DNA of 19,098 bases, from positions 1 through 19,098 of the forward strand of contig JBIIGV010000052.1 of assembly GCA_044236265.1 (NCBI GenBank), written 5' to 3'. This DNA is from Oligoflexales bacterium. GTDB taxonomy: Bacteria; Bdellovibrionota_B; Oligoflexia; Oligoflexales; RGVZ01. Shown in pieces: positions 1 through 7,096 of the stretch; within the stretch, counting starts at the first letter, position 1, and the number at the start of each line of letters is the position of its first letter. The notes under the pieces are model-generated. The model worked only from the letters and a program-made list of their open reading frames with translations, searched no databases and was not told the DNA's origin. The translations under genes were made by a program, and so were the position numbers.

Positions 1-83
1 GTGGATTGAAATGGTCTATAATCGTGAGAGACTTCATTCAACGCTTGGATATTTGTCACCTGCATTGTATGAAGCAAAAACAA

Positions 84-132
84 GGGCGTCCTGAGTGTCT
101 ACTTTATCAGCGGAACTCCAGTGTCCCTAAAT
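84..132. repeat. Palindromic element family A, copy A1
   Basis: 91-120 CTGAGTGTCTACTTTATCAGCGGAACTCCA matches 2346-2375 at 28/30 nt. It is followed by the right end GTGTCCCTAAAT; the left end GGGCGTCCTGAG is degenerate. Confidence 0.85.
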
Positions 133-318
133 GCCCTAGGAAAAAACCCCCTGAACTTAGGCGTTTAGGCTGCCGTCGTACTTCTTTCGAGGGATATGTG
201 ACAGATTCGCTAAAAGCGATATCAAAGGTTTTTTTTATATAGTTTATTTACATCTAATATAATGTTACACGTCGCCGTGTAAATCGAGATGATAGGACCA
301 TAAAAGGAGATATCTCTT

Positions 319-786
319 ATGAAAACGCTGGCTTTCAGTTTTGCTTTGATGATTACGAGTTTTTTCTCCAATTTAGCGTTTGCCGCGATTCCCTGCGTGG
401 CTGATGACGTGGCTTCTCTACCGGCGAAGCTCGTTGGATTGACAAGTTTGAACGGCCAGAGCATTCGCCTTGAGGTTACAACACCTGGGTCGTCTAAAGT
501 GGCGCATTGCTCCGTGACCAGTACGGAGTGGGGTGATAAAATCCATTATACATTCGCAGAGCGTTTTGAGGCTGAAGTAAAAGTCAGTGTTGCCAATCCT
601 CTGAGTTCTCACCCAACTATTCATGTATTCAAGCTTAAAGACTTAGTCGTTGAGCCCATTTTAAGCGGTGATGAAAATGGTCGTTTCAACCGGACCGTGA
701 AGATTTATGACCCATCCCTTAAGATCTCATATTTGATGTTTTTAGATGCTAATGGTCGGGTTGGTCGCGTAAGGGCAAAGCTGTAA
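319..786 (+). CDS. Secreted hypothetical protein (155 aa)
   Basis: AAGGAG RBS at about 304-309, Sec-type signal peptide MKTLAFSFALMITSFFSNLAFA, no family recognised. Confidence 0.8.
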   Translation: MKTLAFSFALMITSFFSNLAFAAIPCVADDVASLPAKLVGLTSLNGQSIRLEVTTPGSSKVAHCSVTSTEWGDKIHYTFAERFEAEVKVSVANPLSSHPTIHVFKLKDLVVEPILSGDENGRFNRTVKIYDPSLKISYLMFLDANGRVGRVRAKL

Positions 787-801
787 AACGGCTTATATAC
801 T

Positions 802-899
802 GGAGACCCATAACTGATTGCCCATTGATGTTACAGATCAATCAATAGTCAATCAGTTATGTGTCCCTGAATTCTCTGAATTCCGTGTCCCTGAATTCC
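802..899. repeat. Palindromic element family B, copy B1, with duplicated right-end tail
   Basis: 802-873 matches B2 (2559-2630) at 66/72 nt and forms an imperfect long hairpin. CTGAATT occurs at 867, 876 and 891, with a second GTGTCCCTGAATTC at 885-898. Confidence 0.95.
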
Positions 900-1043
900 G
901 AGGACCGTGACGAATACTTCGAGGGCTACGATAAATCAGCTCGCCCGGCGTATGGATCCAGGCTCTCACACTTTGGTTGGTTGCTTTAAACTGAGCCTTG
1001 ACCAACAAGCAAATTTCGATCTTGAATCTCTAGTTGGGTGATC

Positions 1044-2168
1044 TTAGAACCCCATAACTCGTTTTGTCCAAGCTGCACCATAGATCTTTTTAAGGGTCTC
1101 TCGCATCGGGGCGTGGGCCGGATCCTGTCTCATTAATTCAAGGATCTTTTGAGCGCGCTGCTGAGCTATGCCATCGAAGAAATTTTTTTCGACGCCTCGT
1201 GCAATGCTCCATTCCTGGGCTACTTCCGCAAGCATGGCAAAAATGGCAATTCCATTCTTCTTAGTTAGAAACTCTGGTTCGCGTTCTGCCAGAACGCTAA
1301 TCATGGCTGCGTTGTAGTAGAGAAATTCGACGCCGCCGGCTCCCATGCCTCGAGAGTTCCCGACCTCGATCCCGTAAATTTCTTCCGTCAAATAGGCTCT
1401 CCACTCATCCACAATATTCTCACCGAGAACTTGGGTTGGGCGTGAACTGATGTAGGTATTATAGTACATGCCTTGTTTGAATATGATCTTATCAACAATA
1501 TCGCGTGTCAGCGTCTTCGGCTCGGGGAAATAAGCTCCTTTCCCATGCTGCCAGTAAATAAATTTACTGCCTGATCGAGCCTGCTCATGAAGCATGAAAT
1601 GCTGGGTCTCGTGAACATCTGTAGCTGGATCGCCGGATCCTAGATAGGGATTACGGGTATATCGCATAATCTCACAATAAAATCGCTTGAATCGACTCTC
1701 GTCACAAGTCCGACTAACAGATGGAATAGACACTAGCTCAATCTGCTTTTGCCACTCAAAGGACGAGGGGGTGGTGTCCCCTTGGATCGGTACAACTCTG
1801 ATCACTCTAACTTTCTGGATGTTGGAATCTTTGCTGGCTGCAACTAATGTTATTGTGGTAGCGCCATTGACCGTGATCACTTCGGGGAATTCGAAAAAGG
1901 CGCGTTCAGTCGAAACAAGACCTGCGCCTAGGATTTTCCCAGAATCTGGCGTACATTCAGCATCTCCAAGACAAAACCACATCGTCTCGTAACGTTTCGG
2001 AGCGGCTGCCATCAGGCGAACCTTGGAGCCCTCGGAACTCACAACCTGAGCAAATAAGTCCTCTGACGAATTGTTTTTCAGTCGCGAACTGACCTCAGGT
2101 GCTTGGCCACAAGCGCCGATCACGCTGAGACATGCGACAAATAGTAAACGTGAAGATTGTCGCAGCAT
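1044..2168 (-). CDS. Lipoprotein, putative HExxH zinc metallopeptidase
   Basis: The ORF track starts at 2261, but ATG 2168 gives a lipoprotein signal (MLRQSSRLLFVACLSVIGA-C). HETQH motif plus a downstream Glu in VDEWRAY as a possible third Zn ligand. Confidence 0.7.
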   Translation of the reverse strand: MLRQSSRLLFVACLSVIGACGQAPEVSSRLKNNSSEDLFAQVVSSEGSKVRLMAAAPKRYETMWFCLGDAECTPDSGKILGAGLVSTERAFFEFPEVITVNGATTITLVAASKDSNIQKVRVIRVVPIQGDTTPSSFEWQKQIELVSIPSVSRTCDESRFKRFYCEIMRYTRNPYLGSGDPATDVHETQHFMLHEQARSGSKFIYWQHGKGAYFPEPKTLTRDIVDKIIFKQGMYYNTYISSRPTQVLGENIVDEWRAYLTEEIYGIEVGNSRGMGAGGVEFLYYNAAMISVLAEREPEFLTKKNGIAIFAMLAEVAQEWSIARGVEKNFFDGIAQQRAQKILELMRQDPAHAPMRETLKKIYGAAWTKRVMGF

Positions 2169-2334
2169 TTTTTTGCCCGTCTGTGGGTTTGGGTTTAAAT
2201 TACAATCCATGTCGAGATGGATGCAAGAATTATCCCAAGCAGTAAATATTATTTTATTCAATAAGTACGGGCGGTTATATCGCGGATCTCGATTTGCTCT
2301 GTTGGTTTTTTTGACATTCCGTCAAAAGAAATAA

Positions 2335-2464
2335 ATTTGGGGACACTGAGAGTCTACTTTATCAGCTGAACTCCACACACGACGAAACCTAAATAGCCTA
2401 TGATCACTCTTGCTAGGGCTGAACGGCAGGATTCTATTTGGGTTTCGTCGTTGGTCCCCCAAAT
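2335..2464. repeat. Palindromic element family A, copy A2, with nested inner hairpin
   Basis: Left end ATTTGGGGACACTGAG, A core to 2375, inner 18-bp inverted repeat 2379-2396/2434-2451 (1 mismatch), right end GGTCCCCCAAAT. Confidence 0.85.
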
Positions 2465-2558
2465 GTCTAATCATTTAAGCTTTTGTTCGTTTTGTAGTGG
2501 GTCATGATAACTGCGCGGTACGAGGCCAGACCAACCATATGACCGCCAATATATAATC

Positions 2559-2662
2559 GGGGACACATAACTGGTTGACTATTGATGTTACAGATCAATC
2601 AATAGTCAACCAGTTATGTGTCCCTGAATTTCCTGAATTTCTGAATTGTCTGAATTAGAATT
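2559..2662. repeat. Palindromic element family B, copy B2 (perfect 27-bp stem) with CTGAATT stutter
   Basis: Arms 2560-2586 and 2598-2624 are exact reverse complements around an 11-nt loop. CTGAATT at 2624, 2633, 2641 and 2650, then GAATT at 2658. Confidence 0.97.
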
Positions 2663-2707
2663 ATCAGAATCATATTCTCATTCGATGATATTTCCGAATT
2701 AGGTGTT

Positions 2708-3868
2708 TCAACGACTAGGACATGTCACACGCCCTTCATTATAACGAATATCGCCATTGGAATACTTATAGCATAGGCCCGAGGAGCGATTTAAACAGAT
2801 ACCGCTATTCGTGGAATTAATAATCCGCAGATAGTCACGATTGCAATCTAGGATCTCTGAGGGTTGAGATGGCTGTTGCTGTGATGAGCCTCCGCTATTG
2901 CCTGGGCTTGAATTGTTAGGTGGGTTGCCTGAGCCACCTGGTGCTCCAGAGCACGCGACCCGTCCGAGATCATACAAAACATCGCCTGAATCAAATCGAT
3001 AACAGAATCCAGATGTTCGATTGATGCAGATACCAGTGCCGCCTGCGCGAATTAGCGAATAATCTCTTACACAATCGACTTCAGCCGAATTTGAGGGAGG
3101 GGTGTTCTGACTGCTGTCTGATGATTGGTTATCCGATGGGTTATCATTATTTTGATTGTCTCCACCCTGAGATGGCGAATCTGCCGTGGATAAGGTTTGA
3201 CTTATGAATCGTCTATTTTCTTCGCTAGTAAGGTCGGCCCAGAAACTATTTATATTTCCACTGCTCCAAGTTATACGGGAGGCAACGCCTACTAGCTCAC
3301 CTTGCTCGCTCAATAAAGGCCCGCCACTATCACCGGGACAAGTATCCACGTCACTATCTATAGCTGCTAAATATCCCGCCTGGATCAAATCAATTTTTAT
3401 ATTTCCGGCCCGTTTTGTACCAGCTCCTCTGGTAGCTTCCTCGTCGTCCGGATCAAATGCATTGCAGCCGAACCCAATGGCCCGCGCTGTATCCCCATGA
3501 GAAGGTGCAGTTGAGGAAATGTTGACATAGGTTTCCGACAGAGACTCGCCGAAAGTTAGAATTCTTAGATCGTAGCGAGCATCCCCGGTCGCGGAAGACC
3601 CTCCTTTAGGATAACGTGGGTGTGGGATGTCTCTAGCTGGAGTCTTACCTTTGTATTTCATGCCAAGGCAGTGGGCTGCTGTCAAAATTGCATTCTTTGC
3701 TACAAAAGTCCCTGTACAGCCTGAACGCTCGCTTCTAACAAAGACAACAGCCTTATTTTCATCCGTTTCAATACCTCCAAGGATCTTTAAGTGTGACCGT
3801 TCCTCGGGTGGAACACATCCCCACAGCGTCATTCCAGAAATAGCGATAGCACTAATCCAAGAATTCAT
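2708..3868 (-). CDS. Trypsin-like (S1) serine protease lipoprotein with two C-terminal Cys-rich repeats
   Basis: Lipobox LWG-C, ILGG mature N-terminus-like motif, LTAAHC, DLRIL and GDSGGPL catalytic motifs. Asp at the 189-equivalent position (DTCPGDS). GGAGG RBS. Confidence 0.93.
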   Translation of the reverse strand: MNSWISAIAISGMTLWGCVPPEERSHLKILGGIETDENKAVVFVRSERSGCTGTFVAKNAILTAAHCLGMKYKGKTPARDIPHPRYPKGGSSATGDARYDLRILTFGESLSETYVNISSTAPSHGDTARAIGFGCNAFDPDDEEATRGAGTKRAGNIKIDLIQAGYLAAIDSDVDTCPGDSGGPLLSEQGELVGVASRITWSSGNINSFWADLTSEENRRFISQTLSTADSPSQGGDNQNNDNPSDNQSSDSSQNTPPSNSAEVDCVRDYSLIRAGGTGICINRTSGFCYRFDSGDVLYDLGRVACSGAPGGSGNPPNNSSPGNSGGSSQQQPSQPSEILDCNRDYLRIINSTNSGICLNRSSGLCYKYSNGDIRYNEGRVTCPSR

Positions 3869-3901
3869 AGTTCCTCCAGTTTTTAAAAACGAGACCCGGT
3901 T

Positions 3902-3929
3902 TTATCGGTGGCGCTTGCAAAAAACTAAA
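3902..3929 (-). promoter_or_regulatory. Putative sigma28 (FliA) promoter of the protease gene
   Basis: Minus strand reads TTAG-N15-ACCGATAA versus consensus TAAA-N15-GCCGATAA, about 35 nt upstream of ATG 3868. Confidence 0.5.
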
Positions 3930-4080
3930 GAAAGTCTTCTTTTTGCTGTGATTTGTGCGACTTAATTTGGCGCATTAAGGAATAATTATTGCCGTGGTTT
4001 TCAAATTAATCAGCCATTTAGTTCCGCGCCCACGTTACTGTCCTAGCCCGAACAATTTGATTAATGCGGGCTAAATGCCA

Positions 4081-4110
4081 GTGAGAGCGACTTTTATCGC
4101 TAAGACTGAG
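4081..4110. repeat. Possible degenerate family A core (A3)
   Basis: GTGAGAGCGACTTTTATCGCTAAGACT resembles CTGAGAGTCTACTTTATCAGCTGAACT. It is preceded by CTAAATGCC (also found after A1) and lies just before B3. Confidence 0.35.
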
Positions 4111-4116
4111 GGAAAA

Positions 4117-4222
4117 ATATTTCGGGGATATTTGGGGAAAACCTAACTGATTGCTCATTGATGTAGCAGATCAATCAATAGTCAAGAAGGTATGTGGCCC
4201 TGAATAACAGGTCCTGAATAAC
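4117..4222. repeat. Palindromic element family B, copy B3 (degenerate), both ends duplicated
   Basis: 4135-4206 matches B1 at 59/72 nt, with the invariant CAGATCAATCAATAGTCAA. CCTGAATAAC occurs at 4199 and 4213; ATATTT(C)GGGGA occurs twice at 4117-4138. Confidence 0.92.
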
Positions 4223-4496
4223 CGTTCAAAATATTAATTGCGGCGAACGGGTCGTATTTGATCCGTTAAAAGATAAAATCCAACTTCAAAGTGGCATGTC
4301 GTGCGACATCAGCGTAGGCACCCTAAATGATGGCCTAGGTAAGAATTTTAATTTTGTCTACATTGTTGACGTTAAATAATTTATTCTGGGTGATGGTACG
4401 TGTAGCTCGATGGATTTGGTCGACGTAGAGTGCGTCTTCAAAGATCCTATCGGTTGCACGGATGTAAATCGGCGACAAATAACTGATAACGATTGA
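4218..4496 (+). pseudogene. Possible gene fragment between B3 and B4
   Basis: One frame stays open for about 93 codons apart from a single TAA at 4377-4379 (…NCGERVVFDPLKDKIQLQSGMSCDISVG…VK*FILGDGTCSSMDLVDVECVF…). No proper 5' start or RBS. Confidence 0.3.
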
Positions 4497-4541
4497 TTGA
4501 TCTTCGCCAGCAATAAATAATCAATTAAGTGTCTCTGAATT
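4471..4541. repeat. Palindromic element family B, copy B4 (degenerate, core inverted)
   Basis: GGCGACAAATAACTGAT…ATTGATTGATCT (reverse complement of AGATCAATCAAT)…AAGTGTCTCTGAATT. Confidence 0.75.
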
Positions 4542-4564
4542 TAACATTCTTTCGGCTTAAATGC

Positions 4565-5095
4565 TTAGTGACACGAGTCATAGTCAAGTATGCCGTCGCC
4601 CCTCGCCGGAATATTTGCCCAGCCCGTGGCACCTCTTTTTGATTTTATACGGAGCCAGCTTTCTGTTGATGCTTGTTTGAGGTTATCGTCGCAGACATCT
4701 TCTCCCAAATTGCATTCAGTAGCGCGGACGTTTTTACCATCCCAAATCGACACGTTGCCTTCAGCGACGTAAGTGAAAACCTTCAGTTTCTTTCCATTGA
4801 CCTTTGTCGAGCCAAACTTCAATATCTTAATGAAGAACTCAACGCTGTCTAACACTTCGCCTTTTTTTATAACGCCAACATTTTTAGACCCTCTACCTGG
4901 ACCTTCCGCAAGATTAATATCGGCAAGTGCCTTTTGTGATTTCAACAGCCCGCAGCATTCCCCTTCACAGCCCTCGGCAAGTATGGGGAGCCTAGGCAGT
5001 GACTTCAGGGTAAAAATATCAACCACAGGAATTTTTTCACCAGCTAAACATTTATATGAAACAACCATGAACAAAACCAAAAGGACATTTTTCAT
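4565..5095 (-). CDS. Secreted hypothetical protein, bacterial SH3-like motif
   Basis: ATG 5095 with GGAGG RBS and signal peptide MKNVLLVLFMVVSYKCLA. CEGECC motif and C-terminal WLRIKSKRGATGW, an SH3b-like pattern. Confidence 0.75.
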   Translation of the reverse strand: MKNVLLVLFMVVSYKCLAGEKIPVVDIFTLKSLPRLPILAEGCEGECCGLLKSQKALADINLAEGPGRGSKNVGVIKKGEVLDSVEFFIKILKFGSTKVNGKKLKVFTYVAEGNVSIWDGKNVRATECNLGEDVCDDNLKQASTESWLRIKSKRGATGWANIPARGDGILDYDSCH

Positions 5096-5597
5096 AAGGC
5101 CTCCGAGATCTCGCCTCAATAAAATTTTGATAATATATTTTCGAATATGTTAGTTGCGCTTGATTGCGAATCAGATGTCAGTTTAGGCGGCGATTACTCA
5201 AAATTCACCTTAAATTCGATTGAATGCCTCAACTTAGTCTGAGGTCGTTTGGAGCAGTGTCAGAAATTTTAAAAATTCGATAGACGTCCTGCTGGCGCAA
5301 AAAAACGTATCAGCTAGTAAATCGGCAGGTTATCTGTGTCAGCGGTTTCCCCCGGGGTAGCAGGCGAAACGCCGAACACTGCCGAACAGAATAATATTAC
5401 CAACGTCCGTATTTTCTTGTCTGAAGTTGGCGGGACAGGCATCCTCCGGCGTCGGCATACGGATATCTGACCGCCGCTCAACGGCGCGTATTTGAAACCT
5501 GGTTCAAGATTAAGGAGTGGTTTTAACCGAGATATCGTTTGAAGACGTTCAGGAGGATATGATGATGCAATTTTTCACTGGAAAAAAGTTGTCGGTA

Positions 5598-5611
5598 GGG
5601 TCTCTGAATTC
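5598..5611. repeat. Isolated right-end remnant of the repeat family
   Basis: GGGTCTCTGAATTC resembles the B4 end GTGTCTCTGAATT and lies immediately 5' of the RBS of the next gene. Confidence 0.4.
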
Positions 5612-5624
5612 TGTGGAGGCTCTT

Positions 5625-6263
5625 GTGAAGAATGTATTTGGAATATTTTTGATGTTTGTGATCTTTGCGTCATGCGACAATCCGAAGACGTCAAAAACTG
5701 AACCAGAGGCGGCACCTAAACAGTCAGAGAGCGGAGCTACGGACTCTGAAAATCCAGATTCTAGAGAACTCAAAATCTGCAGTTCACTTGATGACGTTCA
5801 AAATCACATAAATTCAAATGAGAATGAGCCAGAGGCCTTTTGCTTTCATAAGGTTGAGGACCCAACTCGCAATTTGGAGACTGGTCGCGCCATCAGGGCG
5901 GAAGAGCAACTTTCACCGGGTGTAGAACTAGCATTCCTCAATAAGCAGAGAGGCTTTGTTGACGCCAAAGACGCTTGTAAATCGATTGATGGTGATAAGT
6001 GGTCTCCGCCTGAGAGCGCAAGCGATATCGCGTCACCTAGAGCAGCGTCGGCCTCCCATTCATTTGAGGCGATGGTCAGTTATTTAGGCGGTCATTCATG
6101 GGAAATCAGAACTGACGGTCATCATCGCTGGTGGTTTTGGTCCGGATCATATGCTCTTCCATTGGAACGTTCCTGCGTGATGGCCGCTAATTTAATTTCT
6201 AAGGTCACGTTCAGCGAAGCATCCTATGGCCGCAGTAGCGTTGTTTGTTTGAAGCGCAAGTGA
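5625..6263 (+). CDS. Lipoprotein with DUF1566/Lcl- or C-type-lectin-like C-terminal domain
   Basis: GTG 5625 with GGAGG at 5615-5619 gives the lipoprotein signal MKNVFGIFLMFVIFAS-C (track start 5517; an alternative ATG lies near 5562). Motifs DAKDACKSI..KWSPP, WFWS and VVCLK follow the DUF1566-like pattern. Confidence 0.7.
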   Translation: MKNVFGIFLMFVIFASCDNPKTSKTEPEAAPKQSESGATDSENPDSRELKICSSLDDVQNHINSNENEPEAFCFHKVEDPTRNLETGRAIRAEEQLSPGVELAFLNKQRGFVDAKDACKSIDGDKWSPPESASDIASPRAASASHSFEAMVSYLGGHSWEIRTDGHHRWWFWSGSYALPLERSCVMAANLISKVTFSEASYGRSSVVCLKRK

Positions 6264-6358
6264 CCAAATTATTCAGATTTTAAAGTATTCGTAATATTTT
6301 TGGACTCCAGATTTTATTTAAAAATACGTCGATCAAAAGAGGTATTAATGGATTATAA

Positions 6359-6402
6359 AAAATGCTGCATGCGGACCTGAACCGGGCCACATGCAGCATT
6401 TT
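6359..6402. terminator. Bidirectional intrinsic terminator-like hairpin
   Basis: 13-bp inverted repeat AAAATGCTGCATG/CATGCAGCATTTT with A/T-rich flanks, between convergent genes. Confidence 0.75.
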
Positions 6403-6493
6403 ATTTAAGAACGCTCGTTCTAGTTATCCAAAATTCGCTTATTCTCAGCAAGATTTTCTGTAGTAGGGGAGCGAGTGGCCCCTAAATTTATTC

Positions 6494-7069
6494 TTAACCT
6501 ACTTTTTGTGTGCCAGGTGCCGAGCTATGGCTTTTGGCAGCTGAGATGATTTTTGAGACGCTTAAAATTCCGACTAAATGCTTGTCGCGTTTTGAGACGC
6601 CAGACATAAGATCTAGACCTGTTTCGGCAGCTGGTTGGGCTTGTTCATCAATATCTGCGGCCGTGACGGAGATAATTCCTGTTACGGCGTCAACGATAAT
6701 TGCAATTGGGCCAGCATTATCCCCAGAATCGCAAACAAGAACCCTGGTGCTGGCTGTCGCCTGCTCGCGCAGTCCACCTAGCATTTTCTTGAGGTTGATA
6801 ACTGGAATAATCTTCCCACGGAGGTTCATGACGCCCTCTGCGTAGGTTGGGCCGTTCGGAACAAATGTTAGCTTTGGCACCATGAGAATCTCAAGAATTT
6901 TTTCTGACTCCAGTAAATAGGCTAAAGCGCCAATTTTTAAATGCAGGAATCGAAGCTGATTCGGTTGACCAACGACCTGATTCTCATCCAACGAACGCGT
7001 GATGGCGAACAGACCTCGATATACATCGCCACCGTCTTCGTTTTCTTGGCCCCATACGTCTATTCCCAT
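6494..7069 (-). CDS. cheW: Chemotaxis coupling protein CheW
   Basis: LTFVPNGP..EGVMNLRGKIIPVINL and IIVDAV motifs; directly downstream of cheA. Confidence 0.93.
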   Translation of the reverse strand: MGIDVWGQENEDGGDVYRGLFAITRSLDENQVVGQPNQLRFLHLKIGALAYLLESEKILEILMVPKLTFVPNGPTYAEGVMNLRGKIIPVINLKKMLGGLREQATASTRVLVCDSGDNAGPIAIIVDAVTGIISVTAADIDEQAQPAAETGLDLMSGVSKRDKHLVGILSVSKIISAAKSHSSAPGTQKVG

Positions 7070-7096
7070 GTCCGTCCTCCGTGATCAGTTCAACAC

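Noticed and set aside
6..242. 78-aa ORF spanning A1, and the many antisense or overlapping ORFs in the track (e.g. 7512-7979, 8577-9158, 12411-12788)
   Set aside because: They run through a repeat or shadow well-supported genes on the other strand, with no RBS or motifs.
802..4541. Family B as canonical integron attC sites (ACATAAC...GTTATGT in B2, ACCTAAC in B3)
   Set aside because: The R-box-like words are present, but the B2 stem is perfect with no extrahelical bases or unpaired spacer, and symmetry extends beyond the boxes. Genes are in mixed orientation and no intI is visible. An IntegronFinder run would settle it.
802..4541. CRISPR array
   Set aside because: Repeats are about 72 nt, separated by 0.25-1.7 kb containing whole genes, and no cas genes are present.
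5340..5510. GC-rich intergenic segment as a c-di-GMP-I riboswitch or transposase remnant (…YGYLTAAQRRVFETWFK…)
   Set aside because: It lacks the GGCAAA/GNRA/GACGCAAA arrangement of the riboswitch, and the peptide similarity to transposases is too weak to support. An Rfam scan and BLASTX are needed.
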